Shown: positions 28,164 through 37,942 of the stretch, in pieces
Layout of the letters: each line of letters opens with the position of its first letter
How positions within the stretch are numbered: the first letter of the stretch is position 1
From: Patescibacteria group bacterium
Lineage (GTDB): Bacteria; Patescibacteriota; Patescibacteriia; JACQRZ01
NCBI GenBank assembly: GCA_038065125.1
Contig: JBBTRP010000006.1
Location: 172-64,171 of the forward strand
Direction of reading: 5' to 3'
Length of the DNA stretch: 64,000 nucleotides
Made by a program: the position numbers and the translations under genes
Notes under the pieces: generated by a model
What the model was told of the DNA's origin: nothing
The model's database searches: none
What the model saw: the letters and a program-made list of their open reading frames with translations, nothing else

Positions 28164-29184
28164 TATGGTATTAGTGACAGGTGGCAGCGGATTTATTGGA
28201 AGCGAGCTTGCTCGACAGCTCTCAGTGTCCGGAGAGCGCGTTCGGGTTCTCGATGTTGTTGGTTTCCCTCAGCCGAATCCAGACATTGAATTTTGTCATG
28301 GCGATATACGGAACAGAGATGATGTTGAAAAGAGTCTAGAAGGGGTAAAAGACGTCTACCACTGTGTCGCACTCGTCCCGCTTGCAAAGGCCGGGCGAAA
28401 GTTTTGGGAGGTGAATGTTGGGGGGACTCAGGTGCTTCTCGATCAATGCGAAAAAAAAAATGTGAGGCATATTGTCCACATCTCCTCCAGCGCTGTATAT
28501 GGCACGCCCGAGTGCCCCATTACTGAAAAGACGCCGTTTCATCCTCTTGAAATTTACGGGAGAGCGAAGTATGCCGGAGAACGATTGGTATTTGACTATC
28601 AGGCGAGGGGCGGATCTGCAACCATTATCCGTCCACGAACCGTTCTGGGCGATTTCCGGCTGGGCATTTTCGATATCCTGTTTGAGTGGATTTTTGAAAA
28701 TAGGAACATCTATCTGATTGGCAATGGGCAGAATCCATTCCAGTTTGTACATGTCGCCGATGTCGTCTCGGCCTGTATGCAGGCGTGTTCATTGAGGCGC
28801 ACCGGCGCATACAATATCGGAACCGACCGATACGTAACACTCAAGGCCGACCTGGAGTCGTTCATCTTGCAAGTTGAGTCACGCTCTTCTATTAGGTGTA
28901 TTTCTGAATATCTCGCGATTCCTATGCTGGAGCTTCTCGACTTGCTCAAGTTCTCACCGCTTGCGCCGTGGCACTACAAAACCTATCACAAGCCATTTTA
29001 TTTTGACATTTCAAAATCCGTCAAGGAACTTGAGTGGAGGCCGCTCTACTCGAATGTCGATATGCTTGTTAGTTCATACCGCTGGTTTATTGCGAACAGG
29101 GGGGTGAGCTCGAAAACGCCCGGCTCCACCCACCACACCTCGCCAAAGCAGAAGCTATTAAAAGTCCTTAAATGGTTCTCATAA
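28150..29184 (+). CDS. NAD-dependent epimerase/dehydratase (extended SDR)
   Basis: VLVTGGSGFIGSEL. YGRAKYAGE. Start could be 28165. Confidence 0.8.
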   Translation: MMRSNMVLVTGGSGFIGSELARQLSVSGERVRVLDVVGFPQPNPDIEFCHGDIRNRDDVEKSLEGVKDVYHCVALVPLAKAGRKFWEVNVGGTQVLLDQCEKKNVRHIVHISSSAVYGTPECPITEKTPFHPLEIYGRAKYAGERLVFDYQARGGSATIIRPRTVLGDFRLGIFDILFEWIFENRNIYLIGNGQNPFQFVHVADVVSACMQACSLRRTGAYNIGTDRYVTLKADLESFILQVESRSSIRCISEYLAIPMLELLDLLKFSPLAPWHYKTYHKPFYFDISKSVKELEWRPLYSNVDMLVSSYRWFIANRGVSSKTPGSTHHTSPKQKLLKVLKWFS

Positions 29185-30071
29185 AAAAAATACAAGGTTT
29201 ACTACTGCTTGCCCGTCCGTATCAATGGCATAAAAATGTACTCGTCCTAGCCGCGCTTTTATTTTCCGGGCAACTTGAGAGTGTGTCCTCAGTTCAGCTT
29301 TCACTCGTGGCATTCTTTGCTTTTTGCCTCCTTTCTTCAGCGATCTATGTAATAAATGACATTCGCGATTGCGATGACGATCGTCATCACCCAGTAAAAC
29401 AAAAACGCCCGCTTCCGACAGGAGATGTGACATTGATTCACGCATGGGTACTGAGTATAGTTCTTCTCGTTTGCGGAATGTTGGTAAGTTTCTTTCTTGG
29501 AATTTCTTTTTTTGCGGCTGCAGGTGCATATGTCGTTTTGAACGGTTGTTATACATTTGCCCTGAAGAGGATTCCACTTCTGGAGATTTTTTCAGTCGCT
29601 ATGTGTTATGTGCTTCGTGTTGTTGCTGGCGCCTTTGCGATCCATGCTCCCGTAACACCCTATCTACTGATTGCAAGTATGTTGCTATCCATTCTCCTCA
29701 TTCTTGGAAAGCGCAGGCATGAGCGTATGCTCTTTCTTGAAACGGTCCCATTACACCGACCGGTTCTTGCTCAGTATTCCATACAATTTTTGGACCAGCT
29801 TACTACAATATCAGCCGCGGCGACTCTTATTGTGTATATTCTCTATACCCTTGACGAGCACACAAGGACACTTACAGGAAGTTCACTCATGCCCCTCACT
29901 ATACCGTTTGTCATCTATGGTCTCTTCCGCTATCTTTTGATTGTTGGTAATCTTGATCGCGGCGGCGATCCGTCGAGAGATCTTCTTCTCGACAAACCTC
30001 TTCTCGCCACGTCGTTGGTATGGGTAGGAAGCATTATCCTCATTATTTATTCTGCCCGCCACTCCTTATGA
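29172..30071 (+). CDS. UbiA-family prenyltransferase, decaprenyl-phosphate phosphoribosyltransferase (DPPR synthase)-like
   Basis: NDIRDCDDDRHHPVKQKRPLPTG (NDxxDxxxD + basic patch). About 8 TM. Confidence 0.75.
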   Translation: MVLIKKIQGLLLLARPYQWHKNVLVLAALLFSGQLESVSSVQLSLVAFFAFCLLSSAIYVINDIRDCDDDRHHPVKQKRPLPTGDVTLIHAWVLSIVLLVCGMLVSFFLGISFFAAAGAYVVLNGCYTFALKRIPLLEIFSVAMCYVLRVVAGAFAIHAPVTPYLLIASMLLSILLILGKRRHERMLFLETVPLHRPVLAQYSIQFLDQLTTISAAATLIVYILYTLDEHTRTLTGSSLMPLTIPFVIYGLFRYLLIVGNLDRGGDPSRDLLLDKPLLATSLVWVGSIILIIYSARHSL

Positions 30072-31405
30072 AGCATGATCCGCTCCAAATCCAATTGTTT
30101 CGTAGTAAGCGCGTTCTTGTTTTAGGAGACATCATGATTGATCATTACATCTACGGCGATTCAAACAGAATTTCTCCAGAAGCCCCAGTTCCTATAGTAA
30201 ATCGTAAGTCAGAATCCTACCATCTTGGCGGAGCCGCTAATGTGGCGCACGCAATTACGTCTCTTGGTGCAGAGGTTCTCCTGTGTGGAGTGGTTGGTAA
30301 TGATGATGCAAAGTCGATCGTTTTTAACCTCCTCCACAAGGCCGCAATCGCATCGCACGGCATTTTCTTTTCGGACACAAAAAAAACGGTCATCAAACAA
30401 CGCATCGTCGTCAACGGTCATCACATGCTTCGTCTTGACAGCGACGACACCCCGTACTTCTCTGAGGAGGATTGTCGGCGTTTTACGGCCATGGTCGAGC
30501 CGTTGATTGTTTGGGCAGACGTGGTGCTTTTTTCCGACTACGGAAAAGGCGTGTGTTCCCCGTCGCTGGTCAAACGAATCCTTGCACACGCAAAAGCGCA
30601 TGGCAAAGCCGTGATTGCAGATTTTAAACCAGGAAATGACGCACGCTTTTGCGGGGCGAACCTTATTGTTCCGACCGAGCAGGAGACGCGAGAACTTACC
30701 GGATGCAGTACATTTATGGAGGCGGGCCCACGTCTCGTGAGTGAATACCAGTCAGATGTGTTGGTGACACGCGGAAAAGAAGGAATGACGATTTTCTTCA
30801 AAAATGGGGACACCACTTCCATTCCCCCTAATCCCATGAACGAGTTTGACGTTACGGGAGCAGGGGATACGATCCTTGCGATTCTCGGTTTGGCATATGC
30901 GGTCGGAATGCCGCTGCATGAGGCAGCAACACTTGCGAATCGAGGAGAGGGGATTGTGGTGCAAAAGCCCGGAACTGCGACCGTAAGTCTTGAAGAACTA
31001 ATTTCGAGTGTCGAAGACAATCGTCATATCGAAGGCGTTAGTCTTGTGCCCAAGATCTGGGGATATGAGAAATGGTTGGAAAATAGTGATAAGTACTGTT
31101 CAAAAATTCTTTCACTCAATAAAGGGTTCCAGTGCAGCCTTCACTACCACAAAATGAAGGACGAGATGTTTCTTATACTTAAGGGGCATGTACGCATGGA
31201 GGTTGGCGACACCGTTTCACATATGCGCGAAGGTAACTTTGTTCGTATCGCACCCGAGACCCCGCATCGATTTACTGGAATTGACAATTCGATGATTTTG
31301 GAGGTTAGTACCTATCACGACGAGGGTGACTCATATCGAATACAAGAGAGTAGGAAACTAGACGAGTATGAATTCAGCTTCCTCGCTCCCGGTCGCACTA
31401 TATGA
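30068..31405 (+). CDS. HldE domain I-like (pfkB) D-heptose-7-phosphate kinase fused to a C-terminal metal-binding cupin domain
   Basis: RfaE-I motifs (VLVLGDIMIDHYIYGDSNRISPEAPVPIV, GGAANVA, DVTGAGDT). C-terminus contains the cupin motif G(x5)HxH(x4)E(x6)G as GFQCSLHYHKMKDEMFLILKG. ATGA overlap with the upstream gene sets the start at 30068. Confidence 0.75.
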   Translation: MKHDPLQIQLFRSKRVLVLGDIMIDHYIYGDSNRISPEAPVPIVNRKSESYHLGGAANVAHAITSLGAEVLLCGVVGNDDAKSIVFNLLHKAAIASHGIFFSDTKKTVIKQRIVVNGHHMLRLDSDDTPYFSEEDCRRFTAMVEPLIVWADVVLFSDYGKGVCSPSLVKRILAHAKAHGKAVIADFKPGNDARFCGANLIVPTEQETRELTGCSTFMEAGPRLVSEYQSDVLVTRGKEGMTIFFKNGDTTSIPPNPMNEFDVTGAGDTILAILGLAYAVGMPLHEAATLANRGEGIVVQKPGTATVSLEELISSVEDNRHIEGVSLVPKIWGYEKWLENSDKYCSKILSLNKGFQCSLHYHKMKDEMFLILKGHVRMEVGDTVSHMREGNFVRIAPETPHRFTGIDNSMILEVSTYHDEGDSYRIQESRKLDEYEFSFLAPGRTI

Positions 31406-31926
31406 GAAGAGCTGTGTTCTTTGATCGGGATAACACTTTAAATAAAGATGCTGGGTACACACATACAATCGAAGAATACCAACTTCTGCCCAGCGTTCTG
31501 TCCACTCTCAAGAGGTTGGAGAAAACAAATTTTTTGAAAATCATTATCACTAATCAGTCTGGCATTGCGAGAGGATATTATGCGGTAGAGCATTTCGATG
31601 GGTTTATGACTCACATGCTCAATGATTTTAAGGGCAATGGAGTTACAATAGATGGCGTGTATCACTGTGCTCATTTACCTGATGATTCGTGCAACTGCCG
31701 AAAACCGCAGCCCGGCATGTTTTTTCAAGCTGCCACAGATCACGGCGTTGATCTTTCAATCAGTTGGTCCGTTGGTAACTCCCACTCAGATGTCGTCGCC
31801 GGAAAACGTGCGGGAGTCCGAACGATAATGCTCGGCGCAAGTAATACTGTTGACGAGGAGGCGACACCTCACCATAGTGTCGAGACGCTTGATGCTGCGG
31901 TCGATATTATTATGGGCACTCAATGA
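31402..31926 (+). CDS. gmhB: D,D-heptose 1,7-bisphosphate phosphatase (HAD-IIIA)
   Basis: VFFDRDNTLN motif I. CxC zinc-binding loop (DDSCNCRKP). Confidence 0.8.
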   Translation: MRRAVFFDRDNTLNKDAGYTHTIEEYQLLPSVLSTLKRLEKTNFLKIIITNQSGIARGYYAVEHFDGFMTHMLNDFKGNGVTIDGVYHCAHLPDDSCNCRKPQPGMFFQAATDHGVDLSISWSVGNSHSDVVAGKRAGVRTIMLGASNTVDEEATPHHSVETLDAAVDIIMGTQ

Positions 31927-33455
31927 AAGTCAGCCAGCTTGGGAAAAATATTATTACGTCATTCGTCGGCCAGGGCATTCTCCTGGTTTCTTCTTTTATC
32001 TCAACACACGTTATATATCATCACTTAGGACGAGATGTATTGGGACTTCTGAATTTTTCGCTTCTGATCACATCCTTTTTGGTAAGCTTTTTGGATTTTG
32101 GCATCAGTGTGGTTGCGACACGCGAGTTGGCCGCCTATCGATCAACGAGGCCAGAATACACTGAGTCGATTATTCGTTCACTTTCGTTTATCTCACTCCT
32201 TACGTTCTGCCTCTCTTCTCTTGTGATCGCGCTCCTCTCGCCACTTCTATTGAACGGTTGGGTGCGTCTTGAAAATATTTCTGTTGTTAATTCCTGGGTG
32301 CTTGTCTCCTTTGTATGTATCTCTGTTGGGCTTTTGCTGGGAATTCTGAGAACATTTTACAGTATTGTCCTCAACGGCTATGAGCGTGTTGACGCCGTAC
32401 AATGGTCGCAGGTTTCGTTCGTCGCGATCCAGCAGATTGGACTTATTACACTACCGCTTATCAAGAGTAGCTTATTTGTTATTGCTGCGTGGTATTTGGT
32501 ATCGGGCCTGGCGGGAACGGCTCTATTCGGGTGGCGAGCATTTCGTGTTGCGGGGTGGCCGTTGTTTCGGCCGCGCGCATCCTTTTTTTTCCTCCGTAAT
32601 AATGCGAGGTATGCCGTGGAAAATTTTTTTGCAAGTTTTTCAGGAACACTCATTTTCCAGTCGGACAAGTGGCTCATGAGCAGATTTTTCCCGATCGGAA
32701 TGCTGGGGTTTTACACATCCACGCAGGCGCTAGCCGGTAAGGGTACGATCCTTGCAAGCTCGGTGGTTAGCGCAATTTTCCCCTCGATTTCACATGACGT
32801 GGAGAATGTGAGCGTAAATGAGTGGCGGAAACGGTATGCGGTTGCGCAAGATATTTGTTTAGTTACGTCGGGGTGTCTACTTGCTGCCATCTATTTTTTT
32901 GGGACAGATCTTTTGACCGGAATTTTTTCTGCAGAGATTGCCCTACAGATGAAGTATCCGCTGTTCATCTTGTGTGTGGGGGCGTTTTTTCACGCGAGTC
33001 TCTATGTGCCCAGCTGGGTTGCTATTGCGATGAAGAAGACCGATATGCTTGTGAAGGCAAATTGTGTAAGCATGGTAATAGTTTTTCCGTTGTTGTGGTT
33101 CCTTGCCAGTAAATTCGGAATACTCGGCCTCTCGACAATCACGCTTCTGTTCATTTGCGTCCAATATGTTTTTTTTATCCCGCGCTTTGCAGCCGAGTGC
33201 ATCCAATCGTCAGCGTGCCTATGGTATCGTCATGCATTCGCTCTTGCAATGTCTGCGGGCGTGACGTATGGTAGTTTCTATGCTCTCTCGACTTTTTTTC
33301 CTGGGATCGCGATCCGAGTAGCGTTCTATTGCGCTGGCACTGCGGCCTTCCTTGTAATCAGTAGTCAGTTGGTTAGCGTTCGACTTGCTGATGTCCTACG
33401 CGAATTAATTACAAACGCTTTTTCAAAAATACTTCCTTACCGTAACATCGTATGA
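31923..33455 (+). CDS. wzx: O-antigen/polysaccharide flippase (Wzx, MOP superfamily)
   Basis: 510 aa, 12-14 TM. PST-family order. Confidence 0.8.
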   Translation: MKVSQLGKNIITSFVGQGILLVSSFISTHVIYHHLGRDVLGLLNFSLLITSFLVSFLDFGISVVATRELAAYRSTRPEYTESIIRSLSFISLLTFCLSSLVIALLSPLLLNGWVRLENISVVNSWVLVSFVCISVGLLLGILRTFYSIVLNGYERVDAVQWSQVSFVAIQQIGLITLPLIKSSLFVIAAWYLVSGLAGTALFGWRAFRVAGWPLFRPRASFFFLRNNARYAVENFFASFSGTLIFQSDKWLMSRFFPIGMLGFYTSTQALAGKGTILASSVVSAIFPSISHDVENVSVNEWRKRYAVAQDICLVTSGCLLAAIYFFGTDLLTGIFSAEIALQMKYPLFILCVGAFFHASLYVPSWVAIAMKKTDMLVKANCVSMVIVFPLLWFLASKFGILGLSTITLLFICVQYVFFIPRFAAECIQSSACLWYRHAFALAMSAGVTYGSFYALSTFFPGIAIRVAFYCAGTAAFLVISSQLVSVRLADVLRELITNAFSKILPYRNIV

Positions 33456-34669
33456 GTGGCACGATTACCGAGTGTCGGGTCTGCGCCTCGCCCATTCTTG
33501 AACCGGTCATCGATCTTGGATCGCAGCCATGGTGTGGCAATTTTCTGAAAGAAGATGCAGTTGGTACGGAGCCGCTATTTTCTTTGCGGTTAGTATATTG
33601 TGAGCGATGTTGTACACCGCAACTCGACTACACCGTGCCAAAGGAGTATATGTTTTCCGACCATACATATCTCTCGAATATCACATACACGCTGAGTAAT
33701 CACTTTAAGTCAGTTGCGCAGGAGGTGAAGCAGCGATTTTTCAGGGCACAAGACACGCCATCAGTTCTTGACATAGGCTCAAACGACGGTCTCGCACTCA
33801 AACACTACCAAGACCTTGGATTTGATGTATTAGGCGTTGAGTCAGCTAAAACTGCGGCACGTCTTGCGCGGGAAGCGGGGATACCAACAGAGAATGCGTT
33901 CTTCGATCTTGGGTTTGCAGAGCGACTCGGTCGCACGTTCGATGTGGTGAGCGCCTCAGGAGTCTTTTTCCACCTCGAAGATCTCCATTCGGTCGTAGAA
34001 GGGATTAAAAGAGTCCTCGCTCACGACGGAATATTCGTTGTACAGTTTTTGTACATGAAGAGAATTATAGAAAACCGGGCATTTGATCAGATCTACCACG
34101 AACACTTGCTGTACTATACTCTCAAGAATATTGCAACACTTCTCAATAGTCATGGAATGGAGATGTTTGATGCATATCTATCCTCGATTCATGGTGGTTC
34201 GATCATCGGATTCATCACGCATAAGGGGAGACAGCCCCAGTCACAGCGCCTCGGCGACCTTCGATCCATCGAGGATCGAGATGAGACAAACATGAAAAAA
34301 ACATACCTTTCTTTCGCAAAATCGATTGAGGTGATGAAGGTAGAAAATCTTGAGTACCTTGAGAGAAAAAAATCTCAAGGTAAAACCATCTTCGGCTTTG
34401 GCGCACCTGCAAAAGGAAATACACTTCTGAACTATTTTAATATCGGCGGGCAGTACCTTGATCTTTTGGTCGAGAAAAATCGTCTTCGTAAAAATTTATA
34501 CTCGCCAGGACAGCACCTTAAAATCGTGATGGAAGACGAGCTCGCCGCCCCTCCGGATGTGTACTATGTGTTGGCATGGAACTTTAAGGACGAGATCCTC
34601 GCTAAGAATGCGCACCTTATCGAAAAAGGAGTTGAGTTTTATTTTCCGGTCGACCCTCTCGCCGTATGA
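33452..34669 (+). CDS. NDP-hexose C-methyltransferase (TylCIII/NovU/EvaC family) #1
   Basis: N-terminal Zn ribbon (CRVCASP..CERCCTPQL). SAM motif (VLDIGSNDG). C-methyltransferase C-terminal domain. Confidence 0.85.
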   Translation: MSGTITECRVCASPILEPVIDLGSQPWCGNFLKEDAVGTEPLFSLRLVYCERCCTPQLDYTVPKEYMFSDHTYLSNITYTLSNHFKSVAQEVKQRFFRAQDTPSVLDIGSNDGLALKHYQDLGFDVLGVESAKTAARLAREAGIPTENAFFDLGFAERLGRTFDVVSASGVFFHLEDLHSVVEGIKRVLAHDGIFVVQFLYMKRIIENRAFDQIYHEHLLYYTLKNIATLLNSHGMEMFDAYLSSIHGGSIIGFITHKGRQPQSQRLGDLRSIEDRDETNMKKTYLSFAKSIEVMKVENLEYLERKKSQGKTIFGFGAPAKGNTLLNYFNIGGQYLDLLVEKNRLRKNLYSPGQHLKIVMEDELAAPPDVYYVLAWNFKDEILAKNAHLIEKGVEFYFPVDPLAV

Positions 34670-35580
34670 GGGTGTGTGTTACAGGAGCGAGCGGGTTTGT
34701 CGGGAGTGCCCTTTGCCCATTTTTAGAGGGTCAAGGGCATGAAGTTGTGCGTCTCACCTCACGAAGCGCAGATCTCACTAAGCAAGGAAGTCTCGAGCCG
34801 TATGCCTCGATGAAGTTCGACGTGATCTACCACCTTGCGGCATGGACACAAGCAGGTGACTTCTCGCTTCATCATTGCGGTGAGGAGTGGATGATCAATC
34901 AGGCAATGAATACCAACCTGCTCACTTGGTGGGCGACTGTCCAGCCTCAAGCAAAACTGATTGCAATTGGAACAAGCTGCTCCTACGACCCGTCACTTCC
35001 TCATGTTGAGGAGAATTACACGCTCGGCATGCCAACCGAGAGCCTTGTGACGTACGCGATGACAAAGCGGATGATCTATTACGGCCTTAGTGCGCTTAAC
35101 CGTCAGTTTGGTTTACGCTATCTTACGGTCGCACCATCTACTATCTATGGTCCGGGCTATCAGTTAAGAGACGGTAAGCAATTACATTTTATTTTTGATC
35201 TGATCAGAAAGATTGTACAAGGAAAGCTCACTGGCGAGGAGGTCGTACTGTGGGGCGACGGATACCAGAAACGCGAGCTTATTTACATCGACGACTTTAT
35301 TGCTGTCTTAGTTGGGCTTGCTGGCATATGCGAGAATATGTTGGTCAACATCGGAGGGGGCGAGGAGCACACCATCCGGGAGTTTGCGGGGATGATATGC
35401 GATGACGTTGGATATGATCCTGCACTTATCCAGTATGACACGAGCAAGTTTGTTGGTGCGCGAGCAAAATTTTTGATTATTGACAAGCTCAAGGGCCTTC
35501 TTCCCGACATCTCATTTACACCGCTTCGCCAGGGGCTGACACAGACGATTGCGTGGTATTGGAATCAGTTGAATGCATGA
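34666..35580 (+). CDS. GDP-L-fucose synthase-like NAD(P)-dependent epimerase/reductase (extended SDR)
   Basis: MRVCVTGASGFVGSAL. YAMTKRM (YxxxK). Confidence 0.75.
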   Translation: MRVCVTGASGFVGSALCPFLEGQGHEVVRLTSRSADLTKQGSLEPYASMKFDVIYHLAAWTQAGDFSLHHCGEEWMINQAMNTNLLTWWATVQPQAKLIAIGTSCSYDPSLPHVEENYTLGMPTESLVTYAMTKRMIYYGLSALNRQFGLRYLTVAPSTIYGPGYQLRDGKQLHFIFDLIRKIVQGKLTGEEVVLWGDGYQKRELIYIDDFIAVLVGLAGICENMLVNIGGGEEHTIREFAGMICDDVGYDPALIQYDTSKFVGARAKFLIIDKLKGLLPDISFTPLRQGLTQTIAWYWNQLNA

Positions 35581-36625
35581 GTATGTCTTCGTGGAGCACA
35601 AAATCAGCAAGCCCCCACTGCTCAGTATTGGGTAGTACCACCTGCGAGGTCTGAATCATTTTCTTAAAAGCAGGCACCTCCTGCAAGTGAGCAGTCGGTC
35701 GATATTTTTGCGCTTCCCTGCTGTGCTCCTGGTGGTAGATCGGGTGGGGAATTAGTACTTGTAGAAGGCGTGCATAATCGGCAAGAATAACCATGTAACA
35801 GTCGACGCTTCTATCAGCTCCGATTTCCGGATATCCACGCAACCGAGTCCATTGCGTGGAGGGCATAAGAAAGAAGTCGCCACAATTGATAAACAGTCCG
35901 TCAAACGAGCGTCCGTGTTCATCCTCTACTGTCATCTCTTTTCCGACCCCGATCCGATGAAGTTCGCGCATGATTTTTTCTTGTATCATGGCAAGAGAGA
36001 AGAACTCTCTACGATGGCGCAGCTGTGCTTTTTTCCACTCCTTATTATCCAAAATGACTTGGCCGCGAAGGCTTTGAACTCGAAATGAGTGATCTTTGCA
36101 AAAAAACTCCCTCTCGATGGGAGTGAGCTCATCTGGTACGAGATCGTAGAAGTCATATCGCTCAATGCGAAAAAAAGCATTATCAGGTATCTCAATATTT
36201 TTAAGGTATGAGATTAGTCCATCGGATACAATGATGTCTGAGTTCATTGCCGCTATATATGCGCCTCGCGCTCGGCGGATTCCGACATTCTTTGCTAAGA
36301 ATTCGCAGTAGGGGATGTCGTTGGAGTGGGAAGTCTTTTCATGTACATCGGATGGGACAGTGATTATCCGTATGGGTTTCTTTTTGAGTTCATCTGGTAG
36401 ACTTAGTACATCTATGAGTCGGGGCGCATTATCGGGCGGGTTCCACTCGACGATGATCAGCTCCATACTAAGGTCGTGCTTGATGGAGAGTTCCAAAAGC
36501 GTTCGAATACACATGGAAAATCGATGGAGGAAATTACCACCGAAATTGTCGTTCCGAGCGGGAATTACAAAACTATAGCGAGGAGAACCATTCATATACA
36601 CGTTACTATACGAACTGAAAAGCAT
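35516..36625 (-). CDS. hypothetical protein with GT-A-like N-terminus
   Basis: SFVIPARND and AAMNSDII (DxD-like) hint at a GT-A fold. Otherwise unassignable. 65-nt convergent overlap with the upstream gene end. Confidence 0.45.
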   Translation of the reverse strand: MLFSSYSNVYMNGSPRYSFVIPARNDNFGGNFLHRFSMCIRTLLELSIKHDLSMELIIVEWNPPDNAPRLIDVLSLPDELKKKPIRIITVPSDVHEKTSHSNDIPYCEFLAKNVGIRRARGAYIAAMNSDIIVSDGLISYLKNIEIPDNAFFRIERYDFYDLVPDELTPIEREFFCKDHSFRVQSLRGQVILDNKEWKKAQLRHRREFFSLAMIQEKIMRELHRIGVGKEMTVEDEHGRSFDGLFINCGDFFLMPSTQWTRLRGYPEIGADRSVDCYMVILADYARLLQVLIPHPIYHQEHSREAQKYRPTAHLQEVPAFKKMIQTSQVVLPNTEQWGLADFVLHEDILMHSTDSNTTQSSVSAPGEAV

Positions 36626-36681
36626 TGGGTCAACCCATTGACGAGAAAGGTCTTGCCTGGAATACTATCTTCACTGTACGA

Positions 36682-37914
36682 ATGACTATGGACACTATTA
36701 GTTGCTGTAGAGTCTGTCAAAACCCGCGCCTACATAATTTTTTTCATTTGGGCGATCATCCGCTTGCCAACTCGCTTCTCTCAAATCCAAATGATCCGGA
36801 GCAGAAATACCCGTTATCTTTAAGCTGGTGCCAAGATTGTTCGCTCGTACAACTAAATGAGACCGTAGACCCTAAGGTGCTCTTTTCACAGTACGTCTGG
36901 GTAACGGGGACATCGCAGGGCGCACGAGAGTATGCCGAAGTGTTCTGCAAAGAGCTCTTAGAACGGATTGAGCTTTCTGCCGGAGACTTTGTTCTTGAAA
37001 TTGCAAGCAATGATGGGACATTTTTAAAACCTTTTCGCGCACGAGGAATCACTGTCGTAGGCATCGATCCAGCTGAAAATATTATCAAAACAGCTAACGA
37101 GGATGGTATCCCAACTGAGCCAGTGTTCTGGGGGGTCGAATCTGCTCATGTATTGCGAAAAAAATATGGGAGGCCGCGTGTTATTTTTGCGCGCAACGTA
37201 CTGCCTCATGTCGCCAATACGCAAGACTTTGTTCGCGCGATTGCTGACACGGTCGTTGAGGATGGGCTTGTTGCCATCGAGGTTCATTATGCCCGGACCA
37301 TCCAGAAAGAGTTACATTACGACTCCATTTATCATGAGCATCTTTGCTACTTTACCGTTGAGAGTCTCGAGCGACTGTTGCGCGAGGCAGGATTGTACGT
37401 ATTCGATGTGAATGAGAGTCCTTTGAATGGTGGGTCAATAGTTGTCTATGCTTCTCGCACTCCGAAGCAGACGTCACCGCGACTTGATGGGAGTCGAGCG
37501 AATGAGCGAGAGAGTAAAATAAATTCCCTCGAGAAGTGGCAAGAGTTTTCTCGCGCTGCCACGCGCCACGCCTCAGAGTTTCGAGCCCTTCTTTCGAGAG
37601 TCGGTGGAAATCACGTCGTTGGATGGGGGGCCTCTGCAAGGAGCTCAACGCTTTTAAATTATTGTGGTATTACGCGAGAGACAATAGCGGAAGTTGCAGA
37701 CATGAACCCACTCAAGCAGGGATTATTCACGGCAGGAACCGGAATTCCAATTCGAGCACCGGGTGTCGTTTTTCAGACAAAGCCTGACCTTGTCGTTCTC
37801 CTTGCATGGAACTTTACTGACGAGATTCGTGAAAGTCTCCGGACCGACTTTTCTTATTCCGGAGCAGTCATTACCCCTCTACCAGGAGCTCCGACACTCC
37901 ACCCTTCATCGTAA
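36682..37914 (+). CDS. NDP-hexose C-methyltransferase (TylCIII/NovU/EvaC family) #2
   Basis: CRVCQNP..CQDCSLVQL Zn ribbon. VLEIASNDG. Paralog of 33452-34669. Start taken at the MTMDT Met, since the longer ORF abuts a divergent gene. Confidence 0.8.
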   Translation: MTMDTISCCRVCQNPRLHNFFHLGDHPLANSLLSNPNDPEQKYPLSLSWCQDCSLVQLNETVDPKVLFSQYVWVTGTSQGAREYAEVFCKELLERIELSAGDFVLEIASNDGTFLKPFRARGITVVGIDPAENIIKTANEDGIPTEPVFWGVESAHVLRKKYGRPRVIFARNVLPHVANTQDFVRAIADTVVEDGLVAIEVHYARTIQKELHYDSIYHEHLCYFTVESLERLLREAGLYVFDVNESPLNGGSIVVYASRTPKQTSPRLDGSRANERESKINSLEKWQEFSRAATRHASEFRALLSRVGGNHVVGWGASARSSTLLNYCGITRETIAEVADMNPLKQGLFTAGTGIPIRAPGVVFQTKPDLVVLLAWNFTDEIRESLRTDFSYSGAVITPLPGAPTLHPSS

Positions 37915-37942
37915 CTTCTCCCATATTTTTAATCAGGAATAT

